Below are positions 34,194-43,405 of a stretch of 64,000 nt of DNA, piece after piece; within the stretch, counting starts at the first letter, position 1, and each line of letters starts with the position of its first letter. The stretch comes from an uncultured bacterium (GTDB lineage: Bacteria > Cloacimonadota > Cloacimonadia > Cloacimonadales > TCS61). The stretch spans positions 30,665 through 94,664 of the forward strand of contig CBDUTJ010000004.1 of assembly GCA_965370415.1 (NCBI GenBank). The letters are read 5' to 3'. The notes beneath the pieces were generated by a model, which had not been told where the DNA came from, did no database searches, and saw only the letters and a program-made list of their open reading frames with translations. A program made the translations under genes and the position numbers.

Positions 34194-36317
34194 CTATTTC
34201 AGCAACAACATTTTTTTCATTGCTGATGATTTGCCTGTAGAAATTTTGTAGAAATAAATTCCGGAAGCAACTGATTTATTGTTGCTGTCGTTACCATCCC
34301 ATATTACACTTCTCGTTCCCAAACCCCTGTTTGGGAATGGATGAAGTGTTCTAACTTTTTGACCCTTGATGTTATAAATACTTAACTCCGTGTTCTCCGT
34401 GTGCTCTGTGGTTAATTCGAAAGATATTGTAGTAGTTGGGTTGAATGGGTTAGGATAGTTGGAAAGATTAAAGTCATTCGCTAAAGGAATTATCTCATTT
34501 TCTTCCACATCTACTATTTCAAGCATAGGAATTAGTACTTGCGTGAACTGACCATCAAACACTTCTACTTCATACTCGATCACATCTTCATAAAATACAC
34601 GCTCCGCATAAACATCGTAAATACCGGCAGGAAGTTTGTATTCAAAATTACCAATGCTATCTGAAAAAGTGAACTCTCCGGGTTCATTATTAATCTTGAT
34701 GAGAACGTAATCCACAGGTTCTCCGGTTACAGGATTGTAGGTGTAACCCTCTATACCGCCAAAAGCAGGTGAACCAAACTCATAAGGTCCGATATCGATT
34801 AATGCACTTCCGTTACCGTCTCCATCCCAGACTCTGTGATGGTAATCCATATCGAACGGGTAGTAATAACCAAGCGTATCAAACCCCGCATCTATTGCCA
34901 GGCTGCCCTCGATAAGATGAAAATCTCCGTTTTGGATATCCTCAAATATGTGTTGTGCCTGAAGTGAATCTACCCAGATATTGCCACCACCATCGATTAA
35001 TGGGTATTCTAAAGGGAAATCTATTATACAATTGCGGAAAATAGGGTTGCCATATAAAAAATTGTTATATAATTCATTAAATAAAAGAACCATATTTTGA
35101 ATAATGTGATTATCTGTTACTGATGAAAAGATATATTCATTTTCAATGAATACGTTGTTACTAAATAATTCATTTCCACAACCAGATAGTCCTATCACAC
35201 TATTCTTAATAATATTATCTGATATGACTCTTATAATACCAGAGAGAGCATTACTGGATGCATCATTAATTGAGTTCCTCATAAAAATACTATTTCCATC
35301 ACATCCCGTAATATTTGCTTTACACCCCTCAAAATAATTATCCGAAATCTCCACATAAGCATCATCGATATCAATACCTTCTCCACCATTGGTGGCAAAA
35401 AGGTTATTTTTTATATATAAAGAATCTGTTCCTGAAGAAAATGAGTTAATACCTGTTGATGTACTACCGATTATATTGTTATAGAAGTAACTCTTTCCAT
35501 GAGTTGAAGACATATATATTGCATCACGATAAAAAGTAACCGACTGAATACTGTTATCAACAAAATACATGGATTTACTAGAATTAATTGCTGTACCATG
35601 CATAAAGATATTACCGGCAATCAAAGGAGAACCAATATTCATATTAAAAATATAATGAATCCCGATAAAATCCATACCTGATACATGAATAATATTAGGA
35701 TGAGGATATTCAAAATAATCAAAATAGTTTCTTATGATCTGTATATCTGTAACATTGTTACGAATATAGATTGCGGTATCATTATCAATAAAACTACACT
35801 TCTCAATTCTGGTAGATCCATTCCGCATAGAAATGGCTCCATGTGGTTGTTCAAAAAGAGAAAATCCGGTAAAGGCAGAAAATTCAAATAAACAATGACT
35901 GAATCGACCTGGTTGTGCGTTTTCTGGTAAATACACTGTACCCCAATGAAAATACTGTTCATCTTGCAAGCGAGTGAAAATGATACTGTCCTGCTCCGTA
36001 CCTTCAGCAATTATTCTGCCATCAACCCGAATAAATTTAGCTACAGGTTCTTCACCTCCAGAGAAATAGAAATCATCATCACCAGCAGCATCAAAAAGAG
36101 CAGCATTTAATTTCACTATTGTCCCGGGAAGAATGGTTAAGGTAACACCGACATCAACATAAATACCAGCTGTAACCAGGTAAGGGTTGTTTTCAGGACC
36201 CCAGATAGTGTCCTCAGTTAGATGACCGCCTACCTCTATCGAGGAAAGACTAAAGGGAAAAAGACAAAAGATTAAAGGCAAAAGGATAACAACTAAAGAA
36301 ATAAGTATTTTTTTCAT
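34194..36317 (-). CDS. Right-handed beta-helix repeat protein with carboxypeptidase-regulatory-like module and T9SS C-terminal sorting domain
   Basis: 707 aa with a signal peptide and many PbH1-like repeats (IEKCSFIDNDTAIYI, NNIIGSTSTGIN, IKNNLFATNGGEGIDI). The CTD is NYPNPFNPTTTISFEL...GIYFYKISTGKSSAMKKMLLLK. Confidence 0.7.
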   Translation of the reverse strand: MKKILISLVVILLPLIFCLFPFSLSSIEVGGHLTEDTIWGPENNPYLVTAGIYVDVGVTLTILPGTIVKLNAALFDAAGDDDFYFSGGEEPVAKFIRVDGRIIAEGTEQDSIIFTRLQDEQYFHWGTVYLPENAQPGRFSHCLFEFSAFTGFSLFEQPHGAISMRNGSTRIEKCSFIDNDTAIYIRNNVTDIQIIRNYFDYFEYPHPNIIHVSGMDFIGIHYIFNMNIGSPLIAGNIFMHGTAINSSKSMYFVDNSIQSVTFYRDAIYMSSTHGKSYFYNNIIGSTSTGINSFSSGTDSLYIKNNLFATNGGEGIDIDDAYVEISDNYFEGCKANITGCDGNSIFMRNSINDASSNALSGIIRVISDNIIKNSVIGLSGCGNELFSNNVFIENEYIFSSVTDNHIIQNMVLLFNELYNNFLYGNPIFRNCIIDFPLEYPLIDGGGNIWVDSLQAQHIFEDIQNGDFHLIEGSLAIDAGFDTLGYYYPFDMDYHHRVWDGDGNGSALIDIGPYEFGSPAFGGIEGYTYNPVTGEPVDYVLIKINNEPGEFTFSDSIGNFEYKLPAGIYDVYAERVFYEDVIEYEVEVFDGQFTQVLIPMLEIVDVEENEIIPLANDFNLSNYPNPFNPTTTISFELTTEHTENTELSIYNIKGQKVRTLHPFPNRGLGTRSVIWDGNDSNNKSVASGIYFYKISTGKSSAMKKMLLLK
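34312..34337 (-). repeat. 26-nt palindromic block inside a T9SS CTD coding region, identical to 55165-55190
   Basis: The coding-sense sequence TTCCCAAACAGGGGTTTGGGAACGAG encodes FPNRGLGT. It forms a 9-bp stem with a 4-nt loop. Confidence 0.85.
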
Positions 36318-36348
36318 TATTACACAACCTAACCCGAACTCACCCCAA

Positions 36349-36373
36349 CCCCTCTCTTAATTAAAGAGAGGGG
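36349..36373 (-). terminator. Perfect 10-bp hairpin, probably the orphaned terminator of the truncated upstream gene
   Basis: CCCCTCTCTT-AATTA-AAGAGAGGGG lies about 30 nt downstream (minus sense) of the stop of the gene remnant at 36404-36474 and 32 nt upstream of the ATG at 36317. Only a weak U-tract follows. Confidence 0.35.
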
Positions 36374-36403
36374 CTTTGAGGATGAGACAAAGAAAGCAAA
36401 AGG

Positions 36404-36474
36404 TTATTTGAGAAGCAACATTTTTTTCATTGCTGATGATTTACCTGTAGAAATCTTGTAGAAATAAATTCCTG
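36404..36474 (-). pseudogene. Orphan 3' fragment of a T9SS-CTD gene (last 23 codons plus stop), paralogous to the 3' end of 34194-36317
   Basis: About 71 nt align with 34194-34264 with 7 mismatches. Both translate to SGIYFYKISTGKSSAMKKMLLLK*. Similarity ends abruptly at 36475, and no ORF of 60 aa or more covers it. Confidence 0.6.
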
Positions 36475-36622
36475 ATTGTAGGTTTGAAAAACGAAGTTGT
36501 AAATCTAATTGCTATTGATTCTTTGCAACCCTGAAAGAGTCAAATGTACAAAGGTCTGCAAGAGCCTTTTCATGGTTTGTTTATTTATGGATTAATGTGT
36601 TCATTTAAACGAAAAATTAAAC

Positions 36623-37007
36623 TTATCCACAAAAAAGTCTTATCTTTTTTATTTACAAACAATTAATCCACATCATGTGGATAACTTTATTTCGTCGGTA
36701 TTTATATAACCTGTTTTTTTATAAATCTTTATCGCTACTTTTATTTTTTGCAAGATTCTTTTTGACTGTTTTTCTCACCTTGACAAATCTTGTTTCATTT
36801 TCATTTTCGGTATGCTGTATTATAGTATTTAAGCAGGTTTACGATGTTTATTGATTTGTGGATAAGTTAAATCTTTAAGCTAATTTTATTCATAAGATTC
36901 ACTGTATCAGAAAGATAAACTATGTGAACAATTTTGTGGATGGATTGTGGATAAGATTTGTGATTTTGTATAAAGTCTTTATTGACAGTACAAAAGGATG
37001 TGGATAT
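36623..37007. other. oriC part 1: DnaA-box cluster upstream of dnaA with AT-rich candidate unwinding region
   Basis: Perfect boxes are TTATCCACA at 36623-36631 and TGTGGATAA at 36676-36684, 36857-36865 and 36946-36954. Near-boxes are TAATCCACA at 36664-36672, TGTGGATGG at 36935-36943 and TGTGGATAT at 36999-37007. A very AT-rich stretch at about 36685-36850 lies between them. Confidence 0.75.
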
Positions 37008-38343
37008 GAATGATTACGAAGAACTCTGGGGTGGAGTTTTAGATACGTTAAGAGAAAATATCAGTGAGCAGGGTTTTAATACCTGGTTCAATGAAACTCA
37101 TCTTATTGATATTGATAATAATCTCCTTTCGGTAAAAGTTCCAACACAGTTCATTGCAGATTATTTAAATAAAAACTACAGTGAACTTATATGTGAAATA
37201 TGTTTTAATCTTTATAAATCGAAATATCACATTAAATTCGCCAGTTCACTCCCAGTTATGAGACAAAATAATTATGATAATGTAGAGAATATCAAACCAA
37301 TCCCCAGTTATCAGACTAAATTAAATATGAATTATAATTTTAATGAATTTGTTATTGGCGCTAATAATAAATTTGCGCATTCTGCTTCCCTGGCTGTTGC
37401 TGAATCTCCCGGAACTACATATAATCCTCTTTTTCTTTATGGCGAATCCGGTATGGGAAAAACACACCTTATGCAGGCAGTGGGAAATTTTGTAGTAAAT
37501 GAACTTATCGATAAAAAAGTGATGTATATAACCACCGAAGAATTTACCAATGAAATGATAAACGCAATTAGAACCAACACCATGGCTAATTTTAGGAATA
37601 AATTCAGGAATTTTGATGTACTCTTGATAGATGATATTCATTTTCTTTCCAGGAAAGAAGGTACCCAAGAAGAGTTTTTTCATACTTTCAACTCTTTATA
37701 TGAAAAGAAAAAGCAAATCGTTCTTACCAGCGACCGCCCACCAAAGGATATTCCCGACCTTGAACAGAGACTTGTTACCAGATTTGAATGGGGTTTGCTG
37801 GCCGATATGAAAAGCCCCGATTTTGAAACCCGTGTTGCTATCCTGAAGAAAAAAGCCGATTTTGAAAATATAAAACTCAAAGGAGAAGTACTGGAATTTA
37901 TTGCTGAACATATTTACAGCAATGTAAGAGCTCTGGAAGGATCTCTTATCAGAATACTTGCCTATGCTTCTTATAATAATCTTGATACTGAAGATATTAC
38001 GGTTGATATGGTAGGTGAAATATTAATCGATATGATTTCCGATAAAATTCAGGAAGTAAACATGGAAAAAATAATGGGAAAAGTATGTGAAGCATACAAC
38101 ATAACCCAGAGTCAGATTTTTGATAAAACACGTAAAAAAAATATTGCCTTTCCGCGGCAGATAGCGATGTATCTTTCCAATTTGCTTATACCACAACTTT
38201 CTCTGAAAGATATTGCGCAATATTACAAAAGAAAAGATCATACTACTGTTCTTCATGCCAAAAAAACTATTGAAGAACAATTCAAGAACGAGCGTGATTT
38301 CAGAATCCAGATAGAACGCTTGATCAAAGAAATAAAAAAGTAG
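37006..38343 (+). CDS. dnaA: Chromosomal replication initiator protein DnaA
   Basis: AAA+ Walker A is GESGMGKTHL, Walker B is LLIDDIHF, and the C-terminal DNA-binding motif is KDHTTVLHA. I prefer the ATG at 37006 (MNDYEELWGGVL..., AGGA 7 nt upstream) over the ORF-track TTG at 36982. Confidence 0.95.
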   Translation: MNDYEELWGGVLDTLRENISEQGFNTWFNETHLIDIDNNLLSVKVPTQFIADYLNKNYSELICEICFNLYKSKYHIKFASSLPVMRQNNYDNVENIKPIPSYQTKLNMNYNFNEFVIGANNKFAHSASLAVAESPGTTYNPLFLYGESGMGKTHLMQAVGNFVVNELIDKKVMYITTEEFTNEMINAIRTNTMANFRNKFRNFDVLLIDDIHFLSRKEGTQEEFFHTFNSLYEKKKQIVLTSDRPPKDIPDLEQRLVTRFEWGLLADMKSPDFETRVAILKKKADFENIKLKGEVLEFIAEHIYSNVRALEGSLIRILAYASYNNLDTEDITVDMVGEILIDMISDKIQEVNMEKIMGKVCEAYNITQSQIFDKTRKKNIAFPRQIAMYLSNLLIPQLSLKDIAQYYKRKDHTTVLHAKKTIEEQFKNERDFRIQIERLIKEIKK

Positions 38344-38351
38344 TTATGCAC

Positions 38352-38539
38352 TTATCCACAGGTTATGAAGTTGATAAATGTTTATAAGTTTGTTGTTGAA
38401 AAATTAAAAAGGAAAAATGTGAATAAAATACGATTTACTAACAAGCAGCACACATATTATCCACTATCGGGTAATATTTGTAATTCATTAAAAATTAACA
38501 AATTACAGTTACCAAATTCAGGTTATCACCATATCCACA
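38352..38539. other. oriC part 2: DnaA-box cluster immediately downstream of dnaA
   Basis: TTATCCACA at 38352-38360 is perfect. TTATCCACT at 38457-38465 and ATATCCACA at 38531-38539 each have one mismatch. The region is AT-rich with no credible gene. Confidence 0.6.
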
Positions 38540-38586
38540 GTGACTACTAAGACTACTAATTTATAATAATAAAATAAGGAGAATTA

Positions 38587-39885
38587 ATGATAAGGAATTT
38601 AAGAATTACAGGATTTTTTCTGATAGTTATTCTCATAATTATGGGATGCACAAATAAATCCAATCTGGTTGGAACAGGAGAAAATGAAGGACCTGAACCA
38701 GAATCGGTAATAATAGGTAGTGAATACTTTTCTTCATTTCATAGCTTTGAGGACAGTTTGAAAAACTTTAATACCGATCGAACAGTAATTGGTAATTATG
38801 AAAAATACGATACTGCAAATCAGGCAGTTACTCTCATTAAATTCACTTCACTTCCGGATTCATTTTATTCTATCGAAGATGCCAGTCTCATCCTAAGTAT
38901 TAAAAATAAACATAATTTTGATATTATTAATAATACTAATTTGAAAATAGGCAAGATCATCAGTGAGAACTGGTATGAAAGTACTGCTCTCTGGAATGCA
39001 CCCACCGATTCCACCGGTTGGTTCGGAACTGAGTTTTCTTTATTCGATGGTGATGATTTTGAATTGCTTCCCGACCTGATAATGACTCTGGAAGAAGATT
39101 CGCTTGTTATCAATATTCCTGAATATCTGATAGAGAACTGGATAGATGCCGATACCTTAAATTTTGGGCTGGCTTTTTATACACCGAATATTGACTGCTT
39201 CCTGGAAATGAATTCTTCCGAAAACGGCAATGATGATCTTAAGCCATTTATAACTTATGACTACCAGGAAACAGAAACAGATACTTTCGTTACCCAAACA
39301 GTTTATGCCAGCCATGATATTACGATCTTTTACACCGATGATGAATATGCCGCTTTCCCCGATCAATTGATTCTTTCCGATATGCAACCTATCAAAATGT
39401 TCATGAAATTCGAAGTTCCTGATTCTATTTTTGCGTCTACCGTGGAACATATGGTTGAAGATACAGTATTCATGCAATTATTCATGCAGAGATTAACCAT
39501 TAATAAAGCAGAACTCATATTGCATAACAGCGGAATTAATCAATATCCTATCTACGGTACCATCTATATTGATCCGTACATTGTAATCACAGATACGGTT
39601 GATTTGAATTACACTGATCCATATTCTCCGTTCATGTCATCCGATGATTATGAGGATATTTATATAAGCAGTTCTTCAGACAGCCTGGGAACAGAAGAAT
39701 TCAAAATTGATATTACAAAAATCATTCAAAAACTTACGGCTGGAGAATATGAAAATTATGGCATTATGTTAAAATCTATTTATGAATGCAGGGATTTTAT
39801 ACATCTGGAATTTGAAACTGAGTTAGAAGATAAAAAACCTGAAATAAGAATTATATTTACACCACCATTCGATTTTGAAGAGTAA
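38587..39885 (+). CDS. Hypothetical lipoprotein
   Basis: 432 aa with AGGAG upstream and the lipobox IIMGCT. Acidic, with no recognisable catalytic motif. Confidence 0.5.
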   Translation: MIRNLRITGFFLIVILIIMGCTNKSNLVGTGENEGPEPESVIIGSEYFSSFHSFEDSLKNFNTDRTVIGNYEKYDTANQAVTLIKFTSLPDSFYSIEDASLILSIKNKHNFDIINNTNLKIGKIISENWYESTALWNAPTDSTGWFGTEFSLFDGDDFELLPDLIMTLEEDSLVINIPEYLIENWIDADTLNFGLAFYTPNIDCFLEMNSSENGNDDLKPFITYDYQETETDTFVTQTVYASHDITIFYTDDEYAAFPDQLILSDMQPIKMFMKFEVPDSIFASTVEHMVEDTVFMQLFMQRLTINKAELILHNSGINQYPIYGTIYIDPYIVITDTVDLNYTDPYSPFMSSDDYEDIYISSSSDSLGTEEFKIDITKIIQKLTAGEYENYGIMLKSIYECRDFIHLEFETELEDKKPEIRIIFTPPFDFEE

Positions 39886-39902
39886 TTAATGAGGTAATTA
39901 TA

Positions 39903-40694
39903 ATGAAAAAAATTTGGATACTATTAATTCCGGTTCTTATTCTTTCCTGTATTCAACAGGAAGAAGAAGATATTGTTGCTCAGGTGAATGATGATAAACT
40001 CACCATCGAAGAGTTAAAAGCAAATTTCAGCGGTGATGAATGGGAAATTCTTACAAAAGAAAAAAAACATGAATTTGTGCAGGATTGGATACAGTTAACT
40101 CTGTTATCACAGGAAGCCGATAAACTTGGTATTTCCGAGCTTCCACGAATAAAATCAAGAATTGAAACAGCCGAAAAATCAGTAAAATCGAATACTCTGT
40201 TAGCACAGAAATTATCTGAGATCAAAATATCGGAAGACGATCTTTTCAATTATTACAAACTTCACAAAAGTAAGTTTCGGAAGAGCCATAAAGAATATAA
40301 AGTACAGAGGATATTCATTACAGATGAATCAAAGCTTGGTGAGGTTAGAGACGAAATTAAGAGTAGTTCATTTGCAGAAGCAGCAAAAAAATATTCCGAA
40401 GAGAGTGCAGGTAAAAATGGTGGCTATTTAGGATTTATTTCCCAAAAAACAACTAATAAAGATATATGGAATGCCTTAAAATCACTTCAGAAGCATAGAT
40501 ACAAAACTATTGAAACCAGCCAGGGATATTATATCTTAAGATATTACGATACTCGCACTGTTTATGAAGAGAAAACGTTCCTTGAAGTTTCCGATTCGAT
40601 CAGAAAGGTAGTTTTGGAAAATAGAAAAGAAGAAATATTTAATAATCTTATTGAGGAACTAAAAAAGAAATCTGAAATTTCAATTTCAATTTAG
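39903..40694 (+). CDS. Parvulin-type peptidyl-prolyl cis-trans isomerase (PpiC/PrsA-like lipoprotein)
   Basis: 263 aa with the lipobox ILSCI and a parvulin core (QRIFITDE...AKKYSEESAGKNGGYLGFISQ...GYYILRY). Confidence 0.75.
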   Translation: MKKIWILLIPVLILSCIQQEEEDIVAQVNDDKLTIEELKANFSGDEWEILTKEKKHEFVQDWIQLTLLSQEADKLGISELPRIKSRIETAEKSVKSNTLLAQKLSEIKISEDDLFNYYKLHKSKFRKSHKEYKVQRIFITDESKLGEVRDEIKSSSFAEAAKKYSEESAGKNGGYLGFISQKTTNKDIWNALKSLQKHRYKTIETSQGYYILRYYDTRTVYEEKTFLEVSDSIRKVVLENRKEEIFNNLIEELKKKSEISISI

Positions 40695-40707
40695 TACAGG
40701 AGAAAAA

Positions 40708-41973
40708 ATGAGAAGGATAGTTTCAATTATAATTCTGCTAACTTGTATCTCGATACTAAGCGCAGAAATAGTGGACAAAATAATAGTAAAAGTTGGAAGA
40801 GAGATAATCCTGCAGAGTGATCTCGATAAAAGACTTCAGCAGCTGCAAGCCGCCGGTATGCTAAACCAGGAAATCACAACTTTGGATATTTTGAATGATA
40901 TGATAGAATCTGAACTGATCCTGCAAAAAGCTAAACAGGAAGAATATGAAGTGGATGAAGACAATATAAGAAATATGGCAGGAGAACAGATCAAGCAGAT
41001 TGCTTCCCAATTCCCAACTGAATTTGAATTCAAACAAGAACTAAAAAAAGCAGGTCTTACCGTTCCCGATCTGAAAGATTATTATATTGAGATGATTACA
41101 GAACAGAACCTGAAGGAATTGATAGTCCAGAATGAGATAAAGAACAAGATACATATCACCGAAGTGGAAGTAGAAGATTACTATAATGAGCACAAAGACG
41201 AAATTCCTACCCGACCGGCAATGGATCAAATCGGCATGATTGTGCGCACTATCAAAGCCGGTAAAGAGACTAATAATAAAGCTTTAGTTGAAATCAACAA
41301 ACTTCGGGATAAACTTATTGAAGGCACAGATTTTGCCGAACTGGCAAAAAAATACAGCGATTGTCCTTCCAAAACTAGTGGTGGTAACCTGGGATTCTTT
41401 GGCAGAGGTACAATGGTAAAACCTTTTGAAGATGCCGCTTTTGTACTAATGCCCGGTGAGATAAGTGAAGTGGTGGAAACACAATTCGGCTATCATATAA
41501 TTAAGGTTGAAGAAGTTAAAGAAGATGAGGTTAAAGTCAGCCATATCCTGAAAAAAATTGAACCAACAGAAGAAGATATCCAGACTGAGATTCAGTTGAT
41601 GGAAAACATCTTGGTAAAACTGAAAAATGGCGAAGATTTCAGTGAACTGGCAAAAACCTATTCTGAAGATGATTCTACAGCAGTTTTAGGTGGAATTATT
41701 GGTGAGTTTGCTAAGAAAGAGTATCCTGAACTTTTCAAAGAAAAATTAGAAAATATCGATTATGGTGGTCATACTTCATTAGTTCGGGAAGGTGATAACT
41801 TATATATTTTCTCAAAACTTAAACTGATTCCTGAAAAAGAGTACCATTATGAGGATGTCTATGATAGATTAAGAGAACTCGTAATTACTCAGAAAGAAAT
41901 GGAACTTTATGAAAAGTGGATTACAGAATTAATTCAGGAAAGTTACGTGGAAATCCTGTTGGAAGATCAGTAA
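40708..41973 (+). CDS. SurA-like periplasmic chaperone with two parvulin PPIase domains
   Basis: 421 aa with a signal peptide, a SurA-type N-terminal chaperone region, and two PPIase cores (SDCPSKTSGGNLGFFGRG...GYHIIKVEE, and YSEDDSTAVLGGIIGEF). Confidence 0.75.
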   Translation: MRRIVSIIILLTCISILSAEIVDKIIVKVGREIILQSDLDKRLQQLQAAGMLNQEITTLDILNDMIESELILQKAKQEEYEVDEDNIRNMAGEQIKQIASQFPTEFEFKQELKKAGLTVPDLKDYYIEMITEQNLKELIVQNEIKNKIHITEVEVEDYYNEHKDEIPTRPAMDQIGMIVRTIKAGKETNNKALVEINKLRDKLIEGTDFAELAKKYSDCPSKTSGGNLGFFGRGTMVKPFEDAAFVLMPGEISEVVETQFGYHIIKVEEVKEDEVKVSHILKKIEPTEEDIQTEIQLMENILVKLKNGEDFSELAKTYSEDDSTAVLGGIIGEFAKKEYPELFKEKLENIDYGGHTSLVREGDNLYIFSKLKLIPEKEYHYEDVYDRLRELVITQKEMELYEKWITELIQESYVEILLEDQ

Positions 41974-41976
41974 TTA

Positions 41977-42450
41977 ATGAATTTACCTGTTATAGTTTCC
42001 ACGCTTTTAGGAACAGGGTATTTTCCTAAAATGCCAGGCACAGCCGGTACAATGATCGCAACTTTAATTTATTTGCTATTACCGGTAAAACTTTTTAGCA
42101 GCATAAAAAATGAGGTTATTTTTTTGGTCTGTATTTTAACTTTAAGTTTGATCTCGGTTATTTTTATCTCAAAAGCAGAAAAAAAACTCGGACATGACAG
42201 CAATAAAATTGTTTTGGATGAATTTATGGGTTATTTTATCGCCGTAGTTTTTCTGCCCAAAACTGTGTTAATAGCAGTCTTCGCTTTTATATTGTTTCGT
42301 TTTTTTGATATATTCAAACCGGAACCGGTTAATATTTTGCAGAAACTTCCTGCTGGTTGGGGAGTGATGGCAGACGACTTGATGGCTGGTGTTTACACAA
42401 ATATCAGCTTACAGATATTTATAAGATTTTTTCCGAAAATAATAAAATAA
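41977..42450 (+). CDS. pgpA: Phosphatidylglycerophosphatase A
   Basis: 157 aa. LLGTGYFPKMPGTAGT and FDIFKP...GVMADDLMAGVY are PgpA signatures. Confidence 0.8.
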   Translation: MNLPVIVSTLLGTGYFPKMPGTAGTMIATLIYLLLPVKLFSSIKNEVIFLVCILTLSLISVIFISKAEKKLGHDSNKIVLDEFMGYFIAVVFLPKTVLIAVFAFILFRFFDIFKPEPVNILQKLPAGWGVMADDLMAGVYTNISLQIFIRFFPKIIK

Positions 42451-42463
42451 TAAGGAGATATTT

Positions 42464-42805
42464 ATGTTTAATGTTTTAATGGAAGCAGGTACACAAACTG
42501 CGGCTGGGAATCCGCAATCGAATGTTTTTGCACAGTTGTTCCCGTTTATTCTTATGTTCGGTATTCTTTATCTACTTATCATCCGTCCCCAGCGAAAACG
42601 CCAGAGAGAAACACAGAACATGCTTACAAACCTGAAAGTAAGCGATGTAGTGGTAACGAATGGTGGTATCATCGGTAAGATCACAAACATTAAAAAAGAG
42701 AAAAATATCGTGGTTTTGAGAGTAGATGAAGCAAGTAAAACAAAAATTGAATTCCAGAAAACCGCTATTGTAGGAATTATCAAGAATGAAGAGAAAAAAG
42801 CCTGA
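42464..42805 (+). CDS. yajC: Preprotein translocase subunit YajC
   Basis: 113 aa with a single TM followed by IIRPQRKRQRE and the motif GDxVxTxGGIxGxI (SDVVVTNGGIIGKI). Confidence 0.85.
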   Translation: MFNVLMEAGTQTAAGNPQSNVFAQLFPFILMFGILYLLIIRPQRKRQRETQNMLTNLKVSDVVVTNGGIIGKITNIKKEKNIVVLRVDEASKTKIEFQKTAIVGIIKNEEKKA

Positions 42806-43349
42806 TCTTCTTCCCATCAGGATATACGGCGATAAAACACTACGGAAGACAGCTGAACCTGTTGCAGAGATCACGCCGGAAATAAGGGAATTTATTGATG
42901 ACCTGGTCTACACAATGTATGAAAAAGATGGTGTAGGCCTGGCAGCACCGCAGGTAGGAAGATCACTTCGTATCTTTGTGGTCGATCCTTTCTGGTTCAG
43001 AGAAGGTGGAGAAAAGAATCCGATAATACTCATTAATCCCAGGTTTCTTGAATTCGAAGGGCAAATCGAATTGGAAGAAGGCTGCTTAAGTTTGCCGGAA
43101 ATTTATGAAAAGGTAATGCGTGCTAAAAAGGCAATTATTGAGGGGATGAATGAGAATGGTGAGAAAATTCATTATGAAGCTGAAGGTCTTTTCGCTCGGG
43201 CATTGCAGCACGAAAACGATCACCTGGATGGAATTCTATTCACTGATAAAGCTTCCAAATTGAAAAAAATTCTATTAAGAAAGAAACTTAATGAATTAAA
43301 AAGCACTACTGATGAAAATGGGATAAATGTAGGAAAAATTAAGTTGTAA
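42786..43349 (+). CDS. def: Peptide deformylase
   Basis: 187 aa with the three PDF motifs GVGLAAPQVG, EGCLS and HENDH. Confidence 0.9.
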   Translation: MKRKKPDLLPIRIYGDKTLRKTAEPVAEITPEIREFIDDLVYTMYEKDGVGLAAPQVGRSLRIFVVDPFWFREGGEKNPIILINPRFLEFEGQIELEEGCLSLPEIYEKVMRAKKAIIEGMNENGEKIHYEAEGLFARALQHENDHLDGILFTDKASKLKKILLRKKLNELKSTTDENGINVGKIKL

Positions 43350-43405
43350 AATATATTTAGCAGGAGAGGAAACTGGAAAGTAAAAACATAAAAAACATTG
43401 TATTT

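Noticed and set aside
36982-37005. Extended ORF-track starts using TTG/GTG (dnaA at 36982, glnA at 31575, GlmL-like at 63412, lipoprotein at 52784)
   Set aside because: In each case an ATG a few codons downstream has a properly spaced Shine-Dalgarno sequence and gives a canonical N-terminus. The longer forms lack an RBS.
38365-38550. 61-aa ORF downstream of dnaA
   Set aside because: It lies across three DnaA boxes in AT-rich DNA, has no RBS and gives an implausible peptide. I interpret the region as the second half of oriC.
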